Of a DNA stretch of 64,000 nt, positions 10,859 through 23,514 are shown piece by piece. The position numbers and the translations under genes were made by a program. The notes under the pieces were generated by a model that saw only the letters and a program-made list of their open reading frames with translations, was not told the DNA's origin and made no database searches. The first letter of the stretch is position 1. Each line of letters begins with the position of its first letter. This DNA comes from an uncultured Nitrospiraceae bacterium (GTDB lineage Bacteria > Nitrospirota > Thermodesulfovibrionia > Thermodesulfovibrionales > Dissulfurispiraceae), in NCBI GenBank assembly GCA_963727805.1, contig CAVSHF010000003.1:768001-832000 (forward strand). Reading direction: 5' to 3'.

Positions 10859-11711
10859 GTTCACTGCCTCCATTCCGTAAAGACCCGCCTATGGTTGGCT
10901 TAGCCTATAGTTATCTATTGCTGAGATATTTTATAGACTGTATCGACATATAGAAATCAAGTCAAGCAATATACAAAATAGTAAATTCAATTCATGCCTC
11001 CATGAATCCATAGAAAAGATGCCACCTCTCCTCAATACAAATTGAAGCGACAATTGCCGAATGAAACAAATGGCCGGAGAGCATCGCCCGTGGCACTAAC
11101 TTTTGGGTGGTAAACCACATTTCTCAGCTATACAGATTGAGGCATGTTACGAGGAGTCAATCGACAAAGCCTCCATGAAAGTTTTTTTTGGTAATCACCA
11201 AATTCCTAATACTGGTAAAATCGATTGGTTTCAGGTGGTACCAATATTCTGAACCGACGCGACCCATACTTGATTTCCGGAAGAAAGCTTGTGTAATAAG
11301 CCATGTCCTTGCGGCAATGACTATAAGTTGTTATCAGTGGTACGTTCTAGATGTCACCAAGAAGAACCACCTTGGAGCTTGACAATCTACACAGCAGTAC
11401 GAGTTAAGAATCTGATTATGATAATTACGTTCGGAATACAACATCCCTGGTAAGATGCTGAGGTATGTATAGTAAAGTGCAGGCATTTTTCGGTAGGCTC
11501 TCGCAGAATTGATTTCCGGTAGAAAGCTCGTATCATTCGCTGCTTCCCCACAGCGATGACTTTAATTAGGAAGCTAGTCACCAGTCTCAATATGGCTGCC
11601 TCGAAGATTTGACATGCAATCGATCCTGTCATTCTTCTGCCGTGAGTGAAGGGTTCTCTCGGAAACAAGCGGCGATGCAAAGCCGACCCAGTAACGCTTT
11701 CGTGCGGAAGC

Positions 11712-11768
11712 CACCAACGCCAAGGGTCAGGCGCGCTGTAAAGCGTCGCCTGCACCCTCTTGTTAGTT
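11712..11768 (-). repeat. Integron attC site (57 bp) downstream of katG
   Basis: Minus strand AACTAAC-AAGA-GGGTGCAGGCGA-CGCTTTACAGCG-CGCCTGACCC-TTGGC-GTTGGTG: AAC/GTT ends and paired L boxes with extra-helical bases. Confidence 0.75.
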
Positions 11769-11820
11769 GATCGTTTTATCGCCGCCCAGTCAGAAGCTGT
11801 CGAAGACGTTTATGCTACGA

Positions 11821-14070
<2,250 letters not shown>

Positions 14071-14221
14071 TTACGCTGCCCATCTAGCTAACAAGTTATT
14101 AGCTGGTTAACACGAGTGCTCGTCGCTGGATATAAGAATACCAGCATCGGTGGTAGGTTCGCGGTCCTCGTCCTTCATGGTAATAGCTCCTTCTTTGCCA
14201 GGGATGATTCTCCTTTCATCT

Positions 14222-14240
14222 TATTTTGAATTGTTTCTAA
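14222..14240. promoter_or_regulatory. Candidate Fur/PerR operator upstream of katG
   Basis: 19-bp AT-rich imperfect palindrome (minus strand ATTAGAAACAATTCAAAAT) between the Fur-family gene and katG. Confidence 0.4.
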
Positions 14241-14337
14241 TGGTGCGGATATTGATTATTATCCGCGGTCGTTTATAGTTTCTTGAAAAAGGCCTTTTGT
14301 CTTTGATAGGAAGATTGTTTTAAATATCAAAATTTAA

Positions 14338-14787
14338 TTAACCCTTATTCGGCCTGCAGTTTTTGCAGTAGCCATAATACTCGTAGCGCATGCGGTTCAT
14401 GACAAAACCAGTTTTCTGTTCCACCTGCTCTTTTAGCATGGGAATCGGCTCATCATAATTTACAATCCTCCCACACCCAAGACAGATCAAGTCGAGATGC
14501 TCTCTGACATCGCTCTCGTAGCGGTTTTCTCTATCATAAAACTCAAGCTCTTTTATTGCTCCTTCGCGCTTAAAAAGATTAAGCGTAAAGTATACAGTTG
14601 AAAGACTCACAGAAGGGACCTCCTGCCTCACCTTCTCAAAGATAGCACGTGCGCTAGAATGACTTCGGTCATTAGAGAGAACCTCAACAATAGCTAGCCG
14701 CTGACGTGTAAGCTTTAGATTGTTCTTCCTAAGCTTATCAATCAGCTTTCTTTTAATATCCTCTGATGTCGGAGTAATCTTCTTCAT
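14338..14787 (-). CDS. Fur-family repressor (PerR-like)
   Basis: LTRQRLAI, SLSTVY, HLDLICLGCG and GYCKNC zinc motifs; adjacent to katG. Confidence 0.92.
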   Translation of the reverse strand: MKKITPTSEDIKRKLIDKLRKNNLKLTRQRLAIVEVLSNDRSHSSARAIFEKVRQEVPSVSLSTVYFTLNLFKREGAIKELEFYDRENRYESDVREHLDLICLGCGRIVNYDEPIPMLKEQVEQKTGFVMNRMRYEYYGYCKNCRPNKG

Positions 14788-15191
14788 GATTTAATCCGGA
14801 ATAATTCTTGTTTAGAGTGTATTAATAAAGCTATAGCGTGTCAAGCCGCGCTGGAGAGCAAAAGCAACCTTACTTTCTTTGAAAATGAGAAGTGAATCCA
14901 TGTTTTTTAAATGCATTTACAATACATGTAAACAAAAATACTAACTACCGCATCTTAATGAGGCCAAACCGGTCTTACTCAGTAATCACAAAGTCGTCCT
15001 TGACACACTAGAGACTTTAAGCAAGCTCTAAAATATTGTGCTATAGTTGCAGAAAGATAAAAAAAGGGAATTTGCGGCGTTAAGTGTATGCCAAAACAGG
15101 GACAGCTGGAGCAGACAGAAAAACAGAATTACACTGATACAGACACGGACAGATACAGGCCGAAATTAAGCAAGGAAAGGAGGGAAACCTT

Positions 15192-15701
15192 ATGGGATAT
15201 AAAAATATGATGTTAGCTGAGTCCCGAAATGGCAATACTGAAGCAGTTAAGCAGCTTCTTGAAGCGGGCACTGATGTGAATGAAAAGAATAATCTTGGAG
15301 ATACCCCATTGATGTGGGCAGCCCGTTATGGTCACACTGAAACAGTAAAGCTCCTTCTTGAATCAAGCGCTGATGTTAATGCTAATAATAATTATGGCTG
15401 GACTGCTCTAATGTGGGCAGCCCGTTATGGCCACACTGAAACAGTAAAGTTCCTTCTCGAAAAAGGCGCAGATGTAAATAGAGAGAACCGTCATGGCAAC
15501 ACAGCACTACTGTTTGCGGCTTATGAAGGCAGTACTGAGATGGTGAAGCTACTTCTTGAAGCTGGCGCTGATGTTAACGCAACGAACGGAGAAGACGCCA
15601 GTGTATTGAGCTATGCCCATGAACTCAAGGACGAAGCCAAGCGAGAGGCGATCATAGAGATGTGTAGGGAATATAATGCTGTCGAATTGAACGGTGGTTA
15701 A
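15192..15701 (+). CDS. Ankyrin-repeat protein
   Basis: Repeated G-x-T-(P/A)-LMWAA..GHTETVKLLLE.GADVN units; GGAGG RBS. Confidence 0.93.
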   Translation: MGYKNMMLAESRNGNTEAVKQLLEAGTDVNEKNNLGDTPLMWAARYGHTETVKLLLESSADVNANNNYGWTALMWAARYGHTETVKFLLEKGADVNRENRHGNTALLFAAYEGSTEMVKLLLEAGADVNATNGEDASVLSYAHELKDEAKREAIIEMCREYNAVELNGG

Positions 15702-16057
15702 ACACTTCCCGGCGAGCTTAACCACTGATGATTTCCCATCGTACTCACCGGAATTCTCATGATGTTCTCCGGTATTGATTTTAGCACTAGGAGCCGAGAA
15801 TACGCTTCTGATTGCGAATTTCGGACCATGCCGAACACTCATTTCGGAGCAAAGCGAACACCTGTTTCGGTCTGAACGCGAACACTGATATCGGAGTCAT
15901 GGCGAACACTTTTGGGTAATCCCGATATAGGTGTTCGCCATGAGACCGAAATAGAAGTGTTCAGACTACCTGACGAAATAAACATAGCCGAAGCTGGATA
16001 AATTCCACACAAATACGCCATTGTCCTTCTTCTACGAACTTTGACGAAGGAGAAGCG

Positions 16058-17596
16058 ATGGCTAATAGGGGTATATCCATGCGGATGGTTAGAGAAATCT
16101 TAAGACTGTATTATGGGCTGCATCTTGGCAAACGACAAATAAGCCGGTCCTGCAAAGTGTCGCCGAGCACAGTAGTAGATTATGTCCAGAAGGCCCAGGA
16201 TAAGGGCATTTCATGGCCACTTCCTGAGGACCTTGATGACGCAAAGCTTGAAGCTATGCTCAGTGAACGCAGTAGTCGGAAGACAGCCCTTCGTCCGCTG
16301 CCCCCAATGGAGGAGATTCATCGCGAGCTTCGCAAAAAGGGCGTCACCCTTCAACTGTTGTGGCTCGAATATAAAGAACGGCATCCTGAGGGGTATCAGT
16401 TTACGCAGTTCTGCGAGCATTATCACCGCTGGGAGAAAAACCTTGAGATAAGTTTACGGCAGGAGCATCGCGCCGGCGAGAAGATGTTCATCGACTTTGC
16501 CGGCAAAGGGATACCCATCGTCGACTCTTTCACAGGCGAGAGCACCGAAGCTCAGATCTTTGTGGCAGTCCTTGGAGCAAGCAACTATACCTATGTCGAA
16601 GCGCTCCCATCGCAGAGTCTCCCCTTCTGGATCAAGGCTCACATCAATGCTTTTGAATACTTTCACGGTGTGAGCCAAATCCTTGTCCCGGACAATATCC
16701 GAGCAGCCGTATCGAAGTCCTGCCGATACGAACCCGACCTCAACCCCGTATATCTGAGTCTGGCGCAGCACTACGGTACCGCCATTATCCCTGCACGTCC
16801 GTATAAACCAAAAGATAAGGCAAAGGTGGAAGCCGGAGTATTGCTGGTCACCCGATGGATCATTGCGGCATTGAGGAATCACACATTCTTCAGTATCGAG
16901 GAGCTTAATGCCAGCATCAGGGAACTTCTGGAACGCTTGAATACCCGGAAGTTCAGGAAACTAAACAGTACCCGCAGAGAACTCTTTGAGACCCTTGAGA
17001 GGCCGTATCTTAAGCCTTTGCCCGTTGAGCGGTATCGATACATCGACTTCAAGCGGCCAACGGTTAACATCGATTACCACGTCGACGTAGCGGATCATTA
17101 CTACAGCGTTCCTTACCAGCTTCGTGGCAAAAAGTTAGAAGCCTTCCTCACTGTCGATACGGTGGAGATCTTCCACAATAACAATCGCATTGTGACTCAT
17201 CAACGCAGCTTCAAAGCAAGAGGATATACGACCATTGCTGAGCACATGCCGAAAGCGCATCAGAAGCATCTTGAGTGGACTCCATCGAGGATCATCCACT
17301 GGGCGGAGCAGACCGGCGCTGCCACAGCAAAGCTTGTCGAGACCATCCTGACGACGCGACCGCATCCGGAGCAGGGATTCAAATCCTGCATAGGCCTGTT
17401 GAGACTCGGCAAGAAGTACTCGCCGGAGAGACTGGAAGCAGCCTCTATGCGGGCGGTCCATATCAAGGCTTATTCATACAAGAGCGTCAAGTCGATGCTT
17501 GAAACCGGATTCGACCGTACTCCGATCACCGAACAAAAGGAGGTGACCCCGCCCTTATATCATGACAATATCCGCGGTAAAGAGTACTTCAGTTGA
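16058..17596 (+). CDS. istA: IS21-family DDE transposase
   Basis: GEKMFIDFAG, VPDN, KPKDKAKVEAGV, HDNIRG motifs. Confidence 0.96.
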   Translation: MANRGISMRMVREILRLYYGLHLGKRQISRSCKVSPSTVVDYVQKAQDKGISWPLPEDLDDAKLEAMLSERSSRKTALRPLPPMEEIHRELRKKGVTLQLLWLEYKERHPEGYQFTQFCEHYHRWEKNLEISLRQEHRAGEKMFIDFAGKGIPIVDSFTGESTEAQIFVAVLGASNYTYVEALPSQSLPFWIKAHINAFEYFHGVSQILVPDNIRAAVSKSCRYEPDLNPVYLSLAQHYGTAIIPARPYKPKDKAKVEAGVLLVTRWIIAALRNHTFFSIEELNASIRELLERLNTRKFRKLNSTRRELFETLERPYLKPLPVERYRYIDFKRPTVNIDYHVDVADHYYSVPYQLRGKKLEAFLTVDTVEIFHNNNRIVTHQRSFKARGYTTIAEHMPKAHQKHLEWTPSRIIHWAEQTGAATAKLVETILTTRPHPEQGFKSCIGLLRLGKKYSPERLEAASMRAVHIKAYSYKSVKSMLETGFDRTPITEQKEVTPPLYHDNIRGKEYFS

Positions 17597-17689
17597 AAAT
17601 CGGCTCTATGGGACAGCCAATAATCGACTAAGAGGCATCGACCAAGGGGTAAGTATACCCCACAAACATACTATAAGGAGGAGACAGCG

Positions 17690-18439
17690 TTGAATCACAC
17701 TATCGAAAAACTCTCACAGATGAAGCTCTACACAATGGCAACGGCAGTGAAGGAGCAGCTTGAAAATCCTTCCCTTAGCAAACTGAGCTTTGAGGACAGA
17801 TTCTCCATGATCATAGACCGGGAGTGGACTTCCAGGGAAGACAGAAAACTCACCAGAAGACTCAAGTCGGCACGCCTGAGGACCAATGCCACTATCGAAG
17901 ATATCGACTATCAGCACCCCAGGGGATTGGACAAGTCGGTCGTCAGATCCCTGGCTTCTTGTCAGTGGATCTCTTCTCACCATAACGTGATCATCACCGG
18001 GCCGACCGGCATCGGCAAGACTTACCTTGCTGAGGCATTTGCAAACAAAGCCTGCCGAGAAGGATTCACTGCTGTACAATACCGGTCAACAAGACTCTTT
18101 GAGGAACTGAGGATCGCAAAAGCTGACGGCAGTTTCTTCAAGGTCCTCGGAAGACTTGCAAAGACGGACCTCCTCGTCATTGACGACTGGGCCGTGGACC
18201 CACTGACCGAAGATGAGCGCGGCCACTTCCTGGAAGTCATGGAAGACAGATACGGACTGAAGGCGACAATCATTACCAGCCAGTATCCCGTCGCCAAATG
18301 GCATGATCGCATCGGAGAGCCTACAAAAGCCGACGCCATACTCGACAGGATCGTCCATAACTCACACAAGATAGCTTTGAAGGGAGAATCGATGAGAAAA
18401 ACTAAGACAAACTTGACGAAAGGCGAACGCTCTTCGTAA
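17690..18439 (+). CDS. istB: IS21-family helper ATPase
   Basis: GPTGIGKT Walker A, LLVIDDW, ADAILDRIVH, GESMR. Confidence 0.96.
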   Translation: MNHTIEKLSQMKLYTMATAVKEQLENPSLSKLSFEDRFSMIIDREWTSREDRKLTRRLKSARLRTNATIEDIDYQHPRGLDKSVVRSLASCQWISSHHNVIITGPTGIGKTYLAEAFANKACREGFTAVQYRSTRLFEELRIAKADGSFFKVLGRLAKTDLLVIDDWAVDPLTEDERGHFLEVMEDRYGLKATIITSQYPVAKWHDRIGEPTKADAILDRIVHNSHKIALKGESMRKTKTNLTKGERSS

Positions 18440-18635
18440 GATGTTTTGGTACGGCTTCGCTATGTTTCACAAGTGTTCGCCATCCTCCGGCACGACTGTT
18501 CGCCATCACCGGAATTCGCATCTGATAGTTTTTTTCGGAATTCGACGGTCTTGCTCAGATGGCTGAGGTGCTGATTGTCAGGTGAACCCAGTTCATCAGC
18601 TTGTTAGAACCTTGATTAGTCTTCTTTGGCTTGCA

Positions 18636-19097
18636 TTAATTTCCGCTGTTTAATTTTAACCAGTTCGCATCGGCCGTCTTGATGTTACCGGGAATGTCTT
18701 TGCTCCATTTTTCATATGCAGTCATGCTGCAATTCAGATATAGTTTCCCGTCAACAATCTTCCATACTTCCGGATCGGTCTGGGCTTTCCGCGACTCGGT
18801 CAATGCCCAGGCACAATAACCGTCATATTGCGGTGCATATTTCTCAGGACTGGTCGCGAACAGATCCCTGTTCTCGCTGGTTATAAAGTACCAAGTCATG
18901 TTATGCCACTGGAAGGCAAATGAGTCTTTGCCTTTTAGGGCCTTACCGTCCTTGAAATATGCGACGGTATCGTATCCCTTTATGGCTACATCACCCATCG
19001 ATGACTCTCCGCCAGCCATGCCACCTAATCCGGTCAACAGTAATAATACAAATGAGAAACACCTTAGCGTCCAATTGGTTGCTTTCCATGATTCCAT
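18636..19097 (-). CDS. YHS-domain exported protein (Cys form)
   Basis: AIKGYDTVAYF, PEKYAPQYDGYCAWA, WKIVDGKLYLN; signal peptide. Confidence 0.88.
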   Translation of the reverse strand: MESWKATNWTLRCFSFVLLLLTGLGGMAGGESSMGDVAIKGYDTVAYFKDGKALKGKDSFAFQWHNMTWYFITSENRDLFATSPEKYAPQYDGYCAWALTESRKAQTDPEVWKIVDGKLYLNCSMTAYEKWSKDIPGNIKTADANWLKLNSGN

Positions 19098-19461
19098 AGC
19101 CGTAGACCTCCATGTTACAATTATTGTAACAATGTTAAGAATGTTATTAACACATTTTGTCAGATTACATCATAAGAACGCGATGTTGTCAAGCAAATTG
19201 ATGGCTAGATGAGTAAAATGCCATTCTTTCCAACTCATTACTGTTCTACATAGAATGAATACCATTGTTGTTAAATATACCACTCAAAATATACCATCAT
19301 CTGCCTTGATGCAGAATGAGACGCCTATAGCGAAAAGAACGACCCAGCAGTAAAGCGGCAATTATCTCCGCTGCAAACATTTTCGATACCACTTTTTTTT
19401 AGTGTTGCTGTTAGTGCCGGTTTCTATAGTAATATAAGTTGAAGTTCATGCGTGAGGAAGG

Positions 19462-19770
19462 ATGATAGTAATGAAGTACAAAATGATCGCAGAACAGACA
19501 CTCTTAGCCTCGATTATTTTCGACAATACTAGGTTTGCCGAGGCACATGCGATCATTGGCCCGGATGATTTTTCTCAGGACTTGCACAGAATAATCTATG
19601 AAGCAATGCTAGTTCTCGATGCGAACAATGAGTTCATCGATTACATTAATCTTTCTTATAAACTTCTCAGTCACGGGCAGATAGCAGCTTTGTCTTACCT
19701 TAAGAATTTTTGTGCCTGGCCAGTTTCGAAAGACATAGGTGGTCTTGCGGAAAACATCCTCAATAGCTGA
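19462..19770 (+). CDS. Stand-alone DnaB helicase N-terminal domain protein
   Basis: AEQTLLASII..DDF..DLHRIIYEAM..IDYINL resembles the DnaB N-terminus; no ATPase domain. Confidence 0.7.
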   Translation: MIVMKYKMIAEQTLLASIIFDNTRFAEAHAIIGPDDFSQDLHRIIYEAMLVLDANNEFIDYINLSYKLLSHGQIAALSYLKNFCAWPVSKDIGGLAENILNS

Positions 19771-20021
19771 TTCGGGGAATAGCTAGAGAACAGCAACATC
19801 CAGCTAGGTATTGCCCACAAAAGTCGTTACGTCAAGCACCGGAACTGGTTGTACAGATAGTCCCTTTGATAACCGAATAGTTGATTTTGACTATGCCGGA
19901 GGAGAGGTTGTAAACTCCACTGCTATTAGAGCCCCTTGACGCGCCGGCAACCACCTTCGTCATACTAGTGGAGGAGAAGGAGAAATTGAGAATTGCATAG
20001 CTATAAAATGCACTTCCGTAT

Positions 20022-21569
20022 TCAACTGGAGAACCGATTCTTTTCTTCTTGTCTCCACCTTCCAGGAAGCTTTATTATGACTGTCATCCCTTGTCTTTCC
20101 CTACTTTCAATGGTAATCTCTCCAAGATGCTCTGATACTATTTGTTTTGCCAGAGGCAATCCCATCCCAAATCTTTTTAGTTTCGTACTGTAAAAAACAT
20201 TAAATATCCTGTCCATTTCCTCCTGCTTGATGCCTGACCCTGTATCAGAGACTGTAATGATAATATAGTCACCTCTCCGAGATGACGTGATTGTTATAGT
20301 TCCTCCTGCTTGAGATGCATCGACAGCATTTTGTATAACATGAAATATTGCCACTCTCAACAGACTTTTTTGTGCGTTAACCTTTAACATCTCCTCTGAA
20401 AGATGAAGCATAACATGTATTTTCTTGTTGTCAGCCTCCTTCACAGCAACCGAAACCACACTTCTGACAATATCATTTATATCCTCGTACTTAAACAGAG
20501 ATTTTTTAGTTCGAAGCAAGTTTTCAAAATCCCCAACTATACCTTGTAACTTTTCGCACTCCGAGATTACATCATTAAGAAGTGTCAACTCCTCCTTATT
20601 GCTGAGAACTCTTTTGCAAAGAATCCCGATCATTGCTGCAGGATTCCTGACCTTATCAGCCACCGTTAATGCCATTAAGCTCATCGTTCTTTCTGTGATA
20701 ATAGTTTCAAACTCCTGATTCAGCTCCACTAGTTCAGTGTTCATATTTTCTATTAGTTGCTTGTCCTTTAAGACCTTCATGTGGATATCATATATCCTTA
20801 TGAAGAAAAGACTCAAAGATCCAACTAGGAAAAGGGCGATAAGATTAAAACTGCTACTGATTGGAGCAATATGTTGCCATGTTTGCGCATGTCCGGCTGC
20901 AAGCAGGATGTGCTTAATAATGTGGCCTATGGACCTCGAGATAGCAAAAATGACGAAGGCCGAACTAAGCCATATCATGTAATTCCATAATATGTTTGTT
21001 CTTTCTCTTTTGTGAAGCTTCAAACTCGTAATTAGGCTCATTGTGGAAAAAATGAGAAATACGACAGCGCCGCCCATCTCTACTATCAAAATTGGAAACA
21101 GCGGCAAAGTAACAGCGAGAACAATTGCAGAGTCTTTACGTTCATTCAGATGTTGTTTCAATCCTCGATGAAAAAGAAATATTGCGATATTTATCAAGAT
21201 ATAGTCGTATTTTGCAAAATAAAAGATATAATCCTTGCCGCTAATCGCGATCACTCTTGTAAAATAACTCCATCCTTCGGCAGTGCCGATCATCTTGGCT
21301 GGATCAACCCAATGTTCAGCCATTTGTCCGACAAGAACAACGATATCCCACAGGATGAAGAATATTAATGAATAAAAGAAATATCTCCACTTTGTATCTT
21401 TATATAAGAGATTTTGAACTACTGCTCCTAAAACAAGAATGCAGGATAAAAGAAAAAAGATGCGTGCCAGCTCCGTCACAAAAGTTGGAGGGTAATCATG
21501 TGAAACGAAAGCCCACACATTGGAAGGAAACACAGCAATGAGAAGGCTAGCTCCCACCAATTTCCGCAT
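20022..21569 (-). CDS. Multi-TM sensor histidine kinase-like protein with atypical H-box
   Basis: Many TM helices; N box QNAVDA, DTGSGI, FYSTK, GMGL; H-box reads ADKVRNP. Confidence 0.88.
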   Translation of the reverse strand: MRKLVGASLLIAVFPSNVWAFVSHDYPPTFVTELARIFFLLSCILVLGAVVQNLLYKDTKWRYFFYSLIFFILWDIVVLVGQMAEHWVDPAKMIGTAEGWSYFTRVIAISGKDYIFYFAKYDYILINIAIFLFHRGLKQHLNERKDSAIVLAVTLPLFPILIVEMGGAVVFLIFSTMSLITSLKLHKRERTNILWNYMIWLSSAFVIFAISRSIGHIIKHILLAAGHAQTWQHIAPISSSFNLIALFLVGSLSLFFIRIYDIHMKVLKDKQLIENMNTELVELNQEFETIITERTMSLMALTVADKVRNPAAMIGILCKRVLSNKEELTLLNDVISECEKLQGIVGDFENLLRTKKSLFKYEDINDIVRSVVSVAVKEADNKKIHVMLHLSEEMLKVNAQKSLLRVAIFHVIQNAVDASQAGGTITITSSRRGDYIIITVSDTGSGIKQEEMDRIFNVFYSTKLKRFGMGLPLAKQIVSEHLGEITIESRERQGMTVIIKLPGRWRQEEKNRFSS

Positions 21570-22174
21570 GCCGTCTTTTCCTTCTTTCCGTTTCATATGT
21601 GCAACCTGACCATTTAAAGTGTGAAAGCGCATGCTCCCCGCGGACTTAGCTGCGACAGGCTATCCTATGCTGTTCTGCCTTGCCGACCATTGCTTGCTAT
21701 TCTGCTATGGTCCAGCGTCGGAGACGCTGGACACAGGTGTTGCCTTCAACCGATTTCATCGTAAACTCTTTTTTGATTGTAGTCATAGATTTAAAACTAA
21801 GACTACAACTTATGTCGGTTTTTTACAATATATGGGCGAAACAGGGCTATCGCATAATAGATGCCAAACAGGCCAAAATGCCAAATTGGTCTGAAAAGAA
21901 AGTGTAGCATTAGAGAAGGATTAAGTTTATCTTAACTTGGAACGGTGGGTTTGTGCCTGAAACAAACACCTATTGCCGTCACATCGTCAAAACAGGGGCG
22001 AATCTTCCCCTGGGACTTCAGTGAACAGTGACTCAAAAAACATTGAAATTTCATAAAAAGAGGCATACAATTAATTTGCCATGAATAAAGAAGACATAGA
22101 CCATCTCATGAAGTTCGCAAGCGTATTAATGTCCACCGCAATTGAGATTATAAATATGCAGTTCGAGGATAAAA

Positions 22175-22633
22175 TCAATCTTGATCTCCAAGGTTATTAA
22201 TAACATCCTCTTGCTTTGATCCCAAGTGAAGGGCATGCCAATTGCCAAAGCCTTCCGTTGGGTTGAAATACTGACTCTCAGCTTTCTTCTGGTCTGGCGC
22301 TGATAAAGGCAATACGCCGGTAGAAATAGTCAACTCACCCACTACTTTATCAGTATAAAATACGATATGAAGAGTTGCCGAATGTCTCTTGTCGATGAAT
22401 ATTCTACCTCCCGTATCACCTTCGTCCTTTCGGAACAAGCCAGCCCCTAGTAAGCGAACAACATGAGAGTCGTTGTTAATGCCAACCGTGATTCCAGCAA
22501 AGTGCATCGGCCAACATACCGATCCTTTCGGAGAGACTTCGTCAGCTGCTGCATTGCTAGAATAGATCAGAACAAAAAATATACACAATACAGCAATCTT
22601 TCTCATTAAGATATATGGATCCCCTCTAGGCAT
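22175..22633 (-). CDS. Exported hypothetical protein (cassette-like, possibly 3'-truncated)
   Basis: Signal peptide MRKIAVLCIFFVLIYSSNAAA; preceded by boundary repeat. Confidence 0.6.
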   Translation of the reverse strand: MPRGDPYILMRKIAVLCIFFVLIYSSNAAADEVSPKGSVCWPMHFAGITVGINNDSHVVRLLGAGLFRKDEGDTGGRIFIDKRHSATLHIVFYTDKVVGELTISTGVLPLSAPDQKKAESQYFNPTEGFGNWHALHLGSKQEDVINNLGDQD

Positions 22634-22668
22634 TAAGCACGTTTAGCTGATTACAATATAACATTTCT

Positions 22669-22772
22669 TTTTCATCTCTCTGCAACTAAAGCACAATTAT
22701 TAAGTGCTTTCTACTTATAATCGCGAGTCCGCTCGCTACGCTGCAGATGCGATGTTACGACTGGTAATGCTC
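22669..22772 (-). repeat. Cassette-boundary repeat (core ACTT 22713-22716)
   Basis: TTCATCTCTCTGCAACTAAAGCA..CTACTTATAATC-N29-ATGTTAC-N4-GGTAATGCTC. Confidence 0.85.
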
Positions 22773-23019
22773 AAAGCTGAGTTGCCAATTCGCTTACTGT
22801 AGTTGTTGTGTGCACTCCTTTTCATGATCCTCCAGATAATGGCAACAGCTAACCGAGGCACAGGGCAATTCCCCTTCCGGTGGTGGCCTCCGGGAGAAGC
22901 ACCACCGGAGTGCGGCCAAACCAGAAAGAGATAGTAGCATTGCCAGCAGTCCCACGCCGGCCAGCATAATAACTAGGCAGCTACCACTAGCTGCCCTGCC
23001 ACTATCAGAAGCCTGATCG

Positions 23020-23514
23020 TTACTGACCGTGCCTTACACATAACCCACTTACTGTTATCTTCCCCTTATTAGATCCCTTTTTTGTATTAAATTTGCGCAA
23101 CACCGCATCTCGACGCTCTTTGACTCGAAGTTCCAAAATAGATATTGTCGTATCCACCCTTTCTTTTGAAAAGGATTGCTCAAGTAACGAAAGGTTCATG
23201 TTGACACGATATAGCAAATCTTCCAACGGTTCAGGTTCTTGCTTGGAGAGTACTTCATCCAAGGTCTTCCAGCCCATTGCACAGTCAATATCATCAAATT
23301 GATAATACCTATCAGGAAAAATAATTGAGGCCATTTCCAAGAAATCCTGCCCGCGATCCCCGACAAATCTAAAAATTAACGAGCCACATTGAAAAACAGC
23401 CACTGCATTGCCAAAGCTGTGCTTGTCATACTCATGCGACAATAGCCGCATGCCTTCTAACCCCTGGTTATGCATTGAATTTATTATTTTATCTACAAAT
23501 GGGTTTATAGTCAC
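23020..23514 (-). CDS. Hypothetical protein
   Basis: 164-aa ORF in the co-oriented small-gene array. Confidence 0.65.
   Translation of the reverse strand: MTINPFVDKIINSMHNQGLEGMRLLSHEYDKHSFGNAVAVFQCGSLIFRFVGDRGQDFLEMASIIFPDRYYQFDDIDCAMGWKTLDEVLSKQEPEPLEDLLYRVNMNLSLLEQSFSKERVDTTISILELRVKERRDAVLRKFNTKKGSNKGKITVSGLCVRHGQ

Larger units (their letters stand above)
15813..18520 (+). mobile_element. IS21-family element (istA-istB), 2708 bp
   Basis: Ends TGCGAATTTCGG.../...CCGGAATTCGCA; internal CGAACAC repeats; 6-bp direct repeat TCTGAT at 15807-15812 and 18521-18526. Confidence 0.95.

Noticed and set aside
15826..15915. Regularly spaced CGAACAC repeats (also TGGTCGCG repeats at 38383-38473) resembling a mini-CRISPR
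   Set aside because: Period of only ~23-24 bp, no cas genes, and located at IS21 ends, where multiple transposase-binding repeats are expected.
15716..18609. attC split by the IS21 insertion (GCTTAAC..CTGATGA / TCATCAG..GTTAGAA)
   Set aside because: The reconstructed site would be ~180 bp with atypical box spacing; not supportable by eye.
18636..19097. YHS protein as a second selenoprotein
   Set aside because: The GYC motif uses a Cys codon; there is no in-frame TGA.
22713..22772. Boundary repeats as standard attC, dif/pdif or CRISPR repeats
   Set aside because: No RYYYAAC..GTTRRRY frame of attC length; dif-like half-sites would be ~30 nt apart rather than 6; repeats are degenerate and separated by whole genes.
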